Shown in pieces: positions 28,730 through 37,250 of a stretch of DNA of 64,000 nt. The notes below the pieces were generated by a model. It was given only the letters and a program-made list of their open reading frames with translations. It was not told the DNA's origin and ran no database searches. How positions within the stretch are numbered: position 1 is the first letter of the stretch; every line of letters begins with the position of its first letter. Source of the DNA: a virus (Duplodnaviria; Caudoviricetes); the IMG/VR virus record IMGVR_UViG_3300014590_000001, positions 64,001-128,000 of that record; one strand, given 5' to 3'. The position numbers and the translations under genes were made by a program.

Positions 28730-29069
28730 GTTTCTTTTTCCTTTTTCTAAGTCGCCTTAGAATGTTCATTAGGTTATGCGCCCACTCAGCAGCATTTGCC
28801 AGCGCGTCACCGTGACAGCGTTTAGGCTTACACCAACAACCTAAACGCTTACCATAAAGTTCTTCCAGTTCAGAGATTGTGATATAGCCATCATCAATCT
28901 TCTGCCACAATTCCTTTTCATGCTCGTCACAAACTCGATCACGTTCAGCAACTGAATCGTCTTTCATGTAGTGACGATTGCCCCACTTGCTTTCACGGTC
29001 TATACGTATATCGAAGTTTTTATTGCCGTTCCTCATGCTCACAACTTCGGTTGCACGAAAGAAAATCAT
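28680..29069 (-). CDS. DUF4326-domain protein
   Basis: IDRESKWGN...ELYGKRLGCWCKPKRCHGDAL. Confidence 0.85.
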   Translation of the reverse strand: MIFFRATEVVSMRNGNKNFDIRIDRESKWGNRHYMKDDSVAERDRVCDEHEKELWQKIDDGYITISELEELYGKRLGCWCKPKRCHGDALANAAEWAHNLMNILRRLRKRKKKRAKQRKHSRKQSVRKM

Positions 29070-29350
29070 AGTACCAGAGAAAGTTTGCCAGTATTATCGC
29101 AACGTACTGTATGCTTCAAACTTAGTTCGTCGTTGTTTCCATCGACTACAGCTTTAATAAAGTTGCCGTGATGAACATCAGTAACAACCCAAACAGCAGA
29201 ACCACAAGCAGACGCGCCTTTATAGATATAAACTTGCATTGCCTTTAACTCTTCTTTCTTGCAAGCCTGTTCGCCTAAATCTGCAACACGAGCCATCACA
29301 TGATGAATAGTGACGTTTTCAAGTTGTTCCTGAAAGTTACCCATTGCCAT
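29066..29350 (-). CDS. Hypothetical protein
   Basis: AAGGA RBS, 94 aa. Confidence 0.6.
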   Translation of the reverse strand: MAMGNFQEQLENVTIHHVMARVADLGEQACKKEELKAMQVYIYKGASACGSAVWVVTDVHHGNFIKAVVDGNNDELSLKHTVRCDNTGKLSLVL

Positions 29351-29352
29351 AA

Positions 29353-29469
29353 TTAATCCTTCTTACGTAAGCCGTCAATAATTGCAAAAAGACCGACACA
29401 GAAACATGCGGCAGTTAAGATCCAAAGAAACAAATCCAGTGCGAGGCCGATAGTGTCAGGCTGATCCAT
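29353..29469 (-). CDS. Small membrane protein (not in the ORF track)
   Basis: MDQPDTIGLALDLFLWILTAACFCVGLFAIIDGLRKKD*; fills the gap. Confidence 0.5.
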   Translation of the reverse strand: MDQPDTIGLALDLFLWILTAACFCVGLFAIIDGLRKKD

Positions 29470-29752
29470 TTCGCTGTTTTCCTTTTAAAAGTTCGCGCTC
29501 TACCCACAAACGAATACGCGCATATGTTTTCTTAAAGCACGTCTGGATGATTAACGAAAGTAAGACGAGAGGCCACAGGAAGATAACACAAAGAGAATAA
29601 ACGTAAACAAATTTGCCACGATATTCGTACTCCGTTTTTGTGAAATAGCAGAGCAAGCGGTTAGTCAGCAATTCGACAAGTTCAGCGAATGCAAACGCAA
29701 CGCCTAGACTGAAATACAGGACGAAACAAACTTTCAGAATATCATTATCCAC
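29456..29752 (-). CDS. Membrane protein
   Basis: Two hydrophobic segments; probable GTG start at 29752. Confidence 0.55.
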   Translation of the reverse strand: MDNDILKVCFVLYFSLGVAFAFAELVELLTNRLLCYFTKTEYEYRGKFVYVYSLCVIFLWPLVLLSLIIQTCFKKTYARIRLWVERELLKGKQRNGSA

Positions 29753-30608
29753 GATTTTTCTTTCTCCCTGCTTGCGAGCGTTTACGCGCAGCTTTAGCAA
29801 CTGATTTGCGCTTGCTAACTTCGCAACGCGGTTTAGGTTCCGGACGAGGTGGAATGCGATACATAGGCTTCACCGGAGGATTATGGATCGCAATCTGTTC
29901 CGGAGTAAGCGGATCGAGATTTTCCATGTACGGACTTCCGCCTAACGAATCCAACACAACATCAATCGCTTCTTCGTTCCCGATCAGTTTTGCGGCATCA
30001 CGAATTTCAGGAGCGAACGTTTGGAACATCGAACCGATCAAGTGCATATGCAGATCATGTTCACTTTGCGAAATGGCTGGCCCTTGCACTTCTGCCACTT
30101 CAACACCATCACTTTGGAATTTCAAAATTTCTTTACTCCAATCTGGAAGTTTAATAGGAGAAGGATTTACGATCACGGTATGGCGCACAGAGGGAATTCC
30201 ATCAGTGCCTTGTTCACCTTCTTCACCGCGAGCATTAGGACACATACGGCCTATGCCTAGTTGTTCAAAGATACGAGCGCGAGCAACAGAGTCGCTGTAT
30301 TCGAAATCGAAAAATGTATTCGGTGGCGCAGCGTTACGATGTTTCCCAAACACACGCATTGAAGCGTCAATACTCAAACCGTTTTTAAACAGTTCGGTAA
30401 GTTCTATGCCTGTACCATCTTTGTTTGCATTCCAGCTTTCCAAATTAAACAGCGATGCGAAACTTGAATATGGAAGTTCGGGACTAGACATTTGAATTTC
30501 AAATTGACGCTCGAAATTCTTTCTGTCCATATGCAGCAGACGTGCATAGTGCTTTTGGCAATCGCGTAAACGATCCCACAGACCTTCATCAATAATTGGT
30601 TCGCTCAT
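29745..30608 (-). CDS. Hypothetical protein with basic C-tail
   Basis: 287-aa ORF. Confidence 0.65.
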   Translation of the reverse strand: MSEPIIDEGLWDRLRDCQKHYARLLHMDRKNFERQFEIQMSSPELPYSSFASLFNLESWNANKDGTGIELTELFKNGLSIDASMRVFGKHRNAAPPNTFFDFEYSDSVARARIFEQLGIGRMCPNARGEEGEQGTDGIPSVRHTVIVNPSPIKLPDWSKEILKFQSDGVEVAEVQGPAISQSEHDLHMHLIGSMFQTFAPEIRDAAKLIGNEEAIDVVLDSLGGSPYMENLDPLTPEQIAIHNPPVKPMYRIPPRPEPKPRCEVSKRKSVAKAARKRSQAGRKKNRG

Positions 30609-31057
30609 TTCACTACCTTGATTTGTTTAACATCAAGAGGAACGTAAGAGAGATTAGCGTCTTTCAGATCTTTATGCAGACCGGAAATATTCGACTCACT
30701 TACAACCAAGCCGTCATAATGCGGCGCGGGATATTCAGGCACAGATAAATATGACCACAATTCGTCAGCATCACGCATGTGTACCGTTTCGCCAAGTTTG
30801 ATTGGCTTGATCCCAGCAGGAGCAAAATCACTTGTAATGAAATGCTCGTTAAAAATTTCCACAGCGCGAGGATCTTTTGTGGTATCGAACCAATGCTTAA
30901 CGTTCAACTCAACTTTGATCAGAATGTTTCCGTACTGTTCCGCATAATACTGGCTCTTAGTGAAGAACGCAGGACGATACTCAGAGAACTTACTGAAACG
31001 TGATTTAGTTCCGTGGAAATAAATTTGAGGTGCGCTTAAACTAATGACTGTTTTCAT
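30605..31057 (-). CDS. ADP-ribosyltransferase-like protein (ART-PolyVal type)
   Basis: YFHGT...F..F....FFT....YA..YG...V.L......D...YDGLVV...YV......IK. Confidence 0.6.
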   Translation of the reverse strand: MKTVISLSAPQIYFHGTKSRFSKFSEYRPAFFTKSQYYAEQYGNILIKVELNVKHWFDTTKDPRAVEIFNEHFITSDFAPAGIKPIKLGETVHMRDADELWSYLSVPEYPAPHYDGLVVSESNISGLHKDLKDANLSYVPLDVKQIKVVK

Positions 31058-31446
31058 TTTCTAATCCACTTGAAATCTTTACGCTCTAATCCAGTTTCAA
31101 AGAATTGCAACTGGCCTTTGAAGGGAACAGGCTTACACGGTTTTGCGAAGCGTACACAGAAACCAATCTGCCCGAAATACCACGGTGAATCGCTGTACTC
31201 AACGGAATCGAAAATCTCCATGCGGCCTACAATGCAACCGCGATCCAGTTCTTCGAATGCCGGAAGTTTCACGTTAAGACAATCACACAACGTTTTCGCT
31301 TCTGCGTACTCTGCGCGAGTCATTCCTTTGGATGCGTGAATTAAAACTTCCCCACGCAGTTTCGTATGCCAGCTACGGTTTTCAATATCCTTGTGACCGT
31401 TTGCCAGCAGCCAAGCCCACGGCTGTTTTACGCTTATGGCCTTCAT
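31054..31446 (-). CDS. ASCH-domain protein
   Basis: MKAISVKQPWAWLLANGHKDIENRSW.T.LRG.VLIHAS...G.IVG...P.KGQL.FF. Confidence 0.9.
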   Translation of the reverse strand: MKAISVKQPWAWLLANGHKDIENRSWHTKLRGEVLIHASKGMTRAEYAEAKTLCDCLNVKLPAFEELDRGCIVGRMEIFDSVEYSDSPWYFGQIGFCVRFAKPCKPVPFKGQLQFFETGLERKDFKWIRK

Positions 31447-32288
31447 TGTTTGAATTCCTCTTCGGCAATATCCAGAAGACGATTCGCATAGCCATCATTC
31501 ATTTCAACAAAATTGAAATCGTCAGGCGACATTAAGGGAATAACGCTATGCGTAGCGATAATGATTTGAACGTGTGGAAGTTTCGCCAGCTTATTCAGAT
31601 TTTTCCAGAACAAAACTTGCGCCCCAATATCAAGAGGACGTTCCGGCTCGTCAAACAGAGCAACGATATTACTGCCAGCTTTAGGCAGTAGCGGCTCAAG
31701 ACTCTGCGCACGTTTCGCAAGATGCGTGTTACGCTCTTTGTCTTTCAGATACCACGAAACGTTGTCATCGAAATAATGTTCCGGACTAGGTTTCGCCATA
31801 AGTTCGAAAATGTTTTCGATAACGTTACGCATACCTTGACCAGAAGAAAAGTCATGAACACGTTTGAAATGATCCGTCGCTTCTTTGCCTAAGCCATAAC
31901 AAAGAGCGTGTGCCCAATCGACAGCATCGCACGGCGTCCAATCAGCACTAACGTAAGTGCCGTAAATATCCGCGCTTGTTTCCAGCTTAACGTCAGACAT
32001 AAACACGTCATCGCTGTACCAACGATCCTTATCTTCTTTCTGCCAGTATTCATCCGCGAAACGAATCAGGCGATCATCCAGACGCGTGTGACCGAAATTG
32101 TACGCCATAAGTTTCTTTGCAATTGTTGCCAGCAAAGAACTTTTACCGCTACCGTTTTCACCAACGAGCACATTGATTTTATCATGGACGAATTCAAACT
32201 CTCGATTTGCGAGAATCTCTGAACGTTTATTTTGCCGCTCGTCAACAAAGTGGTGAAGTGAATCACCAACAACAATTTTATTCAGCAT
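31443..32288 (-). CDS. Soluble ABC-type ATPase
   Basis: Walker A GENGSGKS, signature SSGQ, Walker B LFDEPE, H-loop IIATHS; no TM segments. Confidence 0.85.
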   Translation of the reverse strand: MLNKIVVGDSLHHFVDERQNKRSEILANREFEFVHDKINVLVGENGSGKSSLLATIAKKLMAYNFGHTRLDDRLIRFADEYWQKEDKDRWYSDDVFMSDVKLETSADIYGTYVSADWTPCDAVDWAHALCYGLGKEATDHFKRVHDFSSGQGMRNVIENIFELMAKPSPEHYFDDNVSWYLKDKERNTHLAKRAQSLEPLLPKAGSNIVALFDEPERPLDIGAQVLFWKNLNKLAKLPHVQIIIATHSVIPLMSPDDFNFVEMNDGYANRLLDIAEEEFKQ

Positions 32289-32297
32289 CGCTTTTCC

Positions 32298-33158
32298 TTA
32301 CAGGCAAGGATCGCCGCAGTTAGTGCAACCGCCGCCCCAATTGTTTCGGTCTTCATTGTCGCAGCACTTCTCTTCACCCTCTACTTCAATTTGTGAAGAG
32401 TTATCACCGCAGCTAACGCAATCGCCCCAAACGGTTCGGTCTTCATTTTCGCAGCACTTCTTTTCACCTTCTACTTCAATCTGCGCAGAGGTATCGCCGC
32501 ACATAATACACTTGCCCTTGTAGTCAAGACTCATGCTTTCGCAGCATTTATCTTCTTCCACGTTACCGCAGTTCTCACACTTGCTGTCAAACGTCACACA
32601 CGGATCGGCGCAGCATTCATTACCTGTACGCAAATCCACTTTCACATAATGGCGCTTGTAGTTCACCGGAATTTCATCAACCGTTTCTGCGATGTTTTTC
32701 GCAACTACTTCGTTGCCAAACTGACGCGCCAGTTCTTTGTGTTCCGGATCGATAAACTGAATCTTCACGCCCGTCTTGCCGTAGTTAGGAGCAAATCCAG
32801 TAACGTAAATTGGAAACGCCTGTTTGTCGTGCGTGAGGAAATAGAATTCACGCTGATACTTTACAATCTTTACGCAGCCATTAACATCGCGTCCGTGGAG
32901 AATACCGTTACGATTTGAAACAATGCGACGAGCGCGGCGATACTGGTGACGTTCGTACCAACGTTTTTGATCTTGTTCCGCAACAAACTCTGCGTGTGCT
33001 GGCTGCAAGTGTGGGTTGAATTTACGAGCGTGACGCGCCAGATCTTTAAATTCAGGTTCACGGGAAATTTCGAATGCCCCAATGCCAGCCAGATTTAAAA
33101 GACGCACATAAATATCTTTATCAAGCACAACAACTTTATCGTTCAGATTCTTCTTCAT
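32298..33158 (-). CDS. Protein with C-terminal tandem Cys-rich repeats
   Basis: Start MKKNLND (33158); four CC-x(10-11)-C-x2-CG units. Confidence 0.7.
   Translation of the reverse strand: MKKNLNDKVVVLDKDIYVRLLNLAGIGAFEISREPEFKDLARHARKFNPHLQPAHAEFVAEQDQKRWYERHQYRRARRIVSNRNGILHGRDVNGCVKIVKYQREFYFLTHDKQAFPIYVTGFAPNYGKTGVKIQFIDPEHKELARQFGNEVVAKNIAETVDEIPVNYKRHYVKVDLRTGNECCADPCVTFDSKCENCGNVEEDKCCESMSLDYKGKCIMCGDTSAQIEVEGEKKCCENEDRTVWGDCVSCGDNSSQIEVEGEEKCCDNEDRNNWGGGCTNCGDPCL
32305..32620 (-). repeat. Intragenic tandem repeat, 90-nt period
   Basis: TTCGGTCTTCATT..CGCAGCACTTC..TTCACC.TCTACTTCAAT at 32345 and 32435. Confidence 0.8.
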
Positions 33159-33264
33159 CTTCGTATCCTTCGTTATCGTCAATTTCTTTGCAGTGCTCGC
33201 AGTTGCGCATATAAACAGGCTTGCCGCATTCAGAGCAATAGGTATTAGAACAGGAGCCGCACAT
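33136..33264 (-). CDS. 42-aa Cys-rich mini-protein with acidic tail (not in the ORF track)
   Basis: AAGGA RBS; MCGSCSNTYCSECGKPVYMRNCEHCKEIDDNEGYEDEEESER*. Confidence 0.6.
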   Translation of the reverse strand: MCGSCSNTYCSECGKPVYMRNCEHCKEIDDNEGYEDEEESER

Positions 33265-33265
33265 A

Positions 33266-33502
33266 TCAATCCTTTTGAATTAAATATCGAGACAGGCGAT
33301 CACCGGATGAACATTTATATAAATATTTTTTGTAGGGTTCGCTTTCCATAATAACAGCGCCAATGATGATTGTATCGCGGTCTACAAGATACTCACCCGT
33401 CGTCTTGCAGTTGTATTGAACCAACTGTTCCTGAGAATAATTCATATCGCTCGGTTGGTCACAACCTGCCAACAGTAACACAAGAAACAGAAACTTTTTC
33501 AT
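33266..33502 (-). CDS. Small lipoprotein
   Basis: MKKFLFLVLLLAGC lipobox. Confidence 0.8.
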   Translation of the reverse strand: MKKFLFLVLLLAGCDQPSDMNYSQEQLVQYNCKTTGEYLVDRDTIIIGAVIMESEPYKKYLYKCSSGDRLSRYLIQKD

Positions 33503-33672
33503 CGACGTTTCACCACAATATAATAAGCCAACATCAGGAAAGCGAACACGCAGGTATTCGCCGCCGTAGCTTTAAAAACGTTGTCGGAAACTTCAAGCAC
33601 TAATGCACCGATTCCGAAAGCGATCCAGTATGCTGGAATACAGAATACCAGAAACAGTAGAAATTTTACCAT
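33499..33672 (-). CDS. Small 2-TM membrane protein (not in the ORF track)
   Basis: 57 aa, MVKFLLFLVFCIPAYW...LAYYIVVKRR*; ATGA coupling. Confidence 0.55.
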   Translation of the reverse strand: MVKFLLFLVFCIPAYWIAFGIGALVLEVSDNVFKATAANTCVFAFLMLAYYIVVKRR

Positions 33673-34250
33673 TTGAATTTGCTCAACAAACGAGTACCAG
33701 AAATTTCATACACGGCATTCGGCAAATCTTTGTGGGACACACCAATATAACTTTGAGTACGCTCTTTCACCCACTGATCGAACGGCATATATTTTTCTAC
33801 GCGTGTGCAACTGCCGTCACCGGATTTATGGAACCAGAATTCCCAATATCCGTTTTCGTCTTCGGAGTAAAGCAGGAAGTCATCATAGTGGTGCATCTGT
33901 ACTTTATCAAAATGAGTGCGCGATACTAACAGCAGTTCTTCAATATATTTTACTGCGCCGCGATAGTGATCGTCAGTGTCACAACCTTCCGATTCCAACA
34001 GCGCTCTTGCTTCCGGAGTAACAAAGCGACTTTCCAGAAGTAGATCGTTTACTTCGAAACAGTCAGTCACGTCCTGCAAAATACTCAGGCCATAGTAAGG
34101 CAAAAGAAATGCGCGTGAATTTTCCGCTTCTGCGACTTCGATAAATTCTTGCAGTGTGCCGACGTGAACACTTTCAACGCACGAGTTCATCGGGATGCCG
34201 CCGAAAGTTTGAAACGCTTCTTTGAAACTTGAAATTTCGTTGAGTTCCAT
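33666..34250 (-). CDS. Hypothetical protein
   Basis: GGAGG RBS, 194 aa. Confidence 0.7.
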   Translation of the reverse strand: MELNEISSFKEAFQTFGGIPMNSCVESVHVGTLQEFIEVAEAENSRAFLLPYYGLSILQDVTDCFEVNDLLLESRFVTPEARALLESEGCDTDDHYRGAVKYIEELLLVSRTHFDKVQMHHYDDFLLYSEDENGYWEFWFHKSGDGSCTRVEKYMPFDQWVKERTQSYIGVSHKDLPNAVYEISGTRLLSKFKW

Positions 34251-34266
34251 TTTTCCTCCAGAAAGT

Positions 34267-34298
34267 AAAATAGGCCACCGACGGATGCCAGTAGCCTA
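34267..34298 (-). terminator. Hairpin terminator
   Basis: Minus strand TAGGCTACTGGC-ATCC-GTCGGTGGCCTA-TTTT. Confidence 0.7.
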
Positions 34299-34303
34299 TC
34301 TAT

Positions 34304-34314
34304 TATTTACAGTT
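34304..34314 (-). promoter_or_regulatory. Repeated AACTGTAAATA element (also at 27641, 39742, 41946, 48327)
   Basis: Exact 11-mer seen five times on the minus strand, four of them at gene ends just upstream of a hairpin. Confidence 0.6.
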
Positions 34315-34780
34315 TTTTGTAGCGGCTTCTCAGAGTCTCTCTGTAGCTGGATATACTCTGGCTTGCCTCACGATCCCTGTCATCCCTGCGCAGAGGCTGG
34401 ACGTGTACCCGCACGTAACGCAGAGCATCAACCATTTGCGGAAATTCACTCAGCCAAGTTTCGGCAGTTTGAAGTTCCTGAAAATAGCGATACTCTCTGT
34501 CCAAACGTTCCTTATCTTCTTTGTTCAGACAGGCGCGAGCAATATGCCCGATTCCACGTCGAAACTTTCGAAGTACAAAACGAATGAAACGAAAAGCCAC
34601 GTTTGGCGGGAACGGTTCGAGCGCATTGTGAACCTGACTGTAAACATGCTTGTCGCAATATTTACAGCGCCACTCACTACGCGCAAAGTTTGCTTCATCA
34701 CCATGAATAGTTCGGAACAAAGTGTAGTCATGTTCCTCGCACATCAAAGTTTTGAAAACATGCTTGATGAACTTGATCAT
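34307..34780 (-). CDS. Hypothetical protein with N-terminal Zn-finger-like motif
   Basis: C..HDY...CKYC. Confidence 0.6.
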   Translation of the reverse strand: MIKFIKHVFKTLMCEEHDYTLFRTIHGDEANFARSEWRCKYCDKHVYSQVHNALEPFPPNVAFRFIRFVLRKFRRGIGHIARACLNKEDKERLDREYRYFQELQTAETWLSEFPQMVDALRYVRVHVQPLRRDDRDREASQSISSYRETLRSRYKKL

Positions 34781-35184
34781 TCAATCACCATCAAACCCTG
34801 ATTGATACTGACTGTAGGAACAGCAGCGCTCGTTACAATCGCACCGTAAGAGTTATCAGAGCGAACGTAAATGATCGTGCCTGGGAAGATCGCCATATCA
34901 TGCCCGTCGATATTTGCATTCAACACCAGATAATCGAATCCGTGAATGATCGAGAATGGAAGACCGTTAGGAAACATTTTAGGCAACACATGTTTCTCTA
35001 AACGCTCTTTCAGATCGTTGTAGCGATGATCCGGTTCGCCATCAGCAGGAGCATCGGCAACATCCAGCGCAGCGATACTGAAGAATTGATCCGACTCTGG
35101 CCCGTTGGCGAGCATTTCGTTGAAGTTGAATTTAACTGCGCCAACAACGTAGCTATTATTTTTTCCGGTTCCGAAACCTGTCAT
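34777..35184 (-). CDS. Hypothetical protein
   Basis: 135-aa ORF. Confidence 0.6.
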   Translation of the reverse strand: MTGFGTGKNNSYVVGAVKFNFNEMLANGPESDQFFSIAALDVADAPADGEPDHRYNDLKERLEKHVLPKMFPNGLPFSIIHGFDYLVLNANIDGHDMAIFPGTIIYVRSDNSYGAIVTSAAVPTVSINQGLMVIE

Positions 35185-35187
35185 GAT

Positions 35188-35556
35188 TTATCCCAAAATA
35201 GAAATGCGATAATCGCGCCCAAACAAATCGCCCTGCGAAGGAGTCCACGGGAACACTTTGTTTTGCGTTGTTTTGATAACAGCAAATGGCGCGAAAGTTC
35301 CATCGGCAGCCGCGTTGTTATCAGCCATGCGGAAATACGGATTTTGCGGATCGGCATCTTTAGAATCGTTTGGATGCGGAGCATATGGAACCAATACGCG
35401 AACATATTGATCGGCACCGTTCCAACCTTCACGATCCAGAATCAAAGTTTGGCCAGGCTGCAATCCTTCAACATTAGATTGAAGAAGAGTTGACCATGCT
35501 TTTCCGAAATCCATTCCTTCTAAGATTACTTTTTTGTTCATTTGTTTCTCCATCAA
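35188..35556 (-). CDS. tad2: DUF2829 / Tad2-like nucleotide-sponge anti-defence protein
   Basis: MDFGKA...R.GWNG..QYV...PF..IKT.Q....PWTPSQ.DL...DY. Confidence 0.7.
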   Translation of the reverse strand: MMEKQMNKKVILEGMDFGKAWSTLLQSNVEGLQPGQTLILDREGWNGADQYVRVLVPYAPHPNDSKDADPQNPYFRMADNNAAADGTFAPFAVIKTTQNKVFPWTPSQGDLFGRDYRISILG

Positions 35557-36203
35557 TTATTGGATTTTTCTTTTCCATAAAAAGCATCCCAACCGCCGAC
35601 AGGTTCAATGAAAACCCCGTCCACACGATCAATGGAATGGCGTAACCAACGCTCGTTGATTTCGTTGTAGCCTTTGGTGTCGCGATATTCATCTACCGTG
35701 ATATTAATATCGTACATGATCTTTCCTGCGACATACGCAACGCCCCAAATAAGAACAGGGATTGCAGCAGGATTATACTCACCAATAACATCCTGTAGAT
35801 CAAACGTAACCGTGTCACCGATTTGATGTGCCGCGTGTGGCAACTCTGGCATACTTTCTTTCATCGGATTACTTACCAATGAATTTTCATGCGCCTTGAG
35901 AATCTTTTCGCTTACGCCAATCATCGGACGCAAACTATGGAAACAATACTCAGGGTTTTCTTTTGTGCCAAAGTTAACTGCAATTGCCACCGTGTAGTTG
36001 ATGCCGTCCGGAGTAAAATCAATTCCTTCAATACGTCCGAGCGGAAGATCACCAAACACGTCAAGCGTTAACTGCGCATGTTCACCGATTGCAAACGCAC
36101 TCGAATAATTTACATGCTCTTTGCGCAAGCCTAGTTCTGCAATTGCTTCAGGCGTTGCGTTGTTAACTGCATTATTTACGGCGTTTAGGGTTTTGCTTTT
36201 CAT
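35553..36203 (-). CDS. Hypothetical protein with two small beta-barrel-like repeats
   Basis: FAIGE...GRIEGI.F....Y.VAI and HQIGDTV...IWGV.Y....YDI. Confidence 0.65.
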   Translation of the reverse strand: MKSKTLNAVNNAVNNATPEAIAELGLRKEHVNYSSAFAIGEHAQLTLDVFGDLPLGRIEGIDFTPDGINYTVAIAVNFGTKENPEYCFHSLRPMIGVSEKILKAHENSLVSNPMKESMPELPHAAHQIGDTVTFDLQDVIGEYNPAAIPVLIWGVAYVAGKIMYDINITVDEYRDTKGYNEINERWLRHSIDRVDGVFIEPVGGWDAFYGKEKSNN

Positions 36204-36263
36204 GGTACATTCCTCAGTTGGAATTAGGCTAACGAACTTATGAACGTTAGCACTATTGGTAAA

Positions 36264-36524
36264 TTAAATTGGGTTTTGCATAACCCATAGTTTGCAGCGA
36301 GAAACAATTTCCGCTGCAACGTTACGATCCACGTCAGCATCCATCAGAGCATTTTCAATATCTGAAATTGTCTGAAAATCCCAACGAAGATTTTTACGTG
36401 CGGTGCTAATGAACTCAGGCCAATTGATTGGAGTTTGGTTTTGCACAATGACGCGATCAACAACTACGTCGAGAGGCAGACCATGAGTGGCCTTTAATTC
36501 GAAAGCTGTTTTGCCAGAAAACAT
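36264..36524 (-). CDS. Stand-alone protein resembling the alanyl-tRNA synthetase helical subdomain
   Basis: SGKTAFELKATHGLPLD......INW.EF resembles AlaRS G..AF.LYDTYGFPLD...VD..GF. Confidence 0.55.
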   Translation of the reverse strand: MFSGKTAFELKATHGLPLDVVVDRVIVQNQTPINWPEFISTARKNLRWDFQTISDIENALMDADVDRNVAAEIVSRCKLWVMQNPI

Positions 36525-36533
36525 TTTGTCTCC

Positions 36534-37250
36534 TTAGCGTTTGTTTCGACTTTGATTCATCAAATCATCGTCGATCATTTTAACGCGCTTACCAAACTCA
36601 CGAATGATATAACGCGGCAGATAGGTGTAAATCAAACTGTTCAGACCGCGAGTAGATCCCAGCATCGCGTAATAAGAACAGTCGCCGTTAATCCTACGCA
36701 GTTCTTCGTAAAGATTTCCGGAAGCTGGAATGAACGGCGCTGGCCCGACAGGAAGGAAAACTAATCTTTCCTCCCACATAAATTTATCGAGGCTACACAT
36801 CCACGAATACGCTTCAGCTTGCAACGCACAACGATAAATTTCGCAGTGCATATTCAGCGTGTATCCGGAATGGCTGTTACGGAAATCAGGTTTCGGGAAT
36901 TCCGTTGGCAACTGGTACGACAGATTGTGAGGCAGACCGATATGAACACCGTCTTTACCTAAACTCTGTTCGACATGCTCAACGAAGTTTTTGATCCACC
37001 GAATGCGTTGCTTCAGTTCAGGGTAATCATGTTTCGCGCCGACAAGGAACATATCATCGTTAGCCAGTTCGAGAATCGCATGTTTCGCATCAGCAAAATT
37101 GCGATACACTTCGATCTCGTCTTCGATATTCGTATCGTAAGGCATACGAATCAAATCTTTCATGCGCGACATGCGTTGCAAATTTTGGAGATACCACAAC
37201 ACGTAATGCAACTGATTCAGTTCGAAATTATGAGCGTGGCCTCTACGCAT
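36534..37250 (-). CDS. Hypothetical protein
   Basis: 238-aa ORF. Confidence 0.65.
   Translation of the reverse strand: MRRGHAHNFELNQLHYVLWYLQNLQRMSRMKDLIRMPYDTNIEDEIEVYRNFADAKHAILELANDDMFLVGAKHDYPELKQRIRWIKNFVEHVEQSLGKDGVHIGLPHNLSYQLPTEFPKPDFRNSHSGYTLNMHCEIYRCALQAEAYSWMCSLDKFMWEERLVFLPVGPAPFIPASGNLYEELRRINGDCSYYAMLGSTRGLNSLIYTYLPRYIIREFGKRVKMIDDDLMNQSRNKR

Noticed and set aside
29806-30495. 229-aa plus-strand ORF
   Set aside because: It is antisense to 29745..30608 and has the Ser-rich composition typical of shadow frames.
32305-32620. Periodic repeat as a possible CRISPR array
   Set aside because: It is an in-frame, degenerate coding repeat with no unique spacers and no cas genes.
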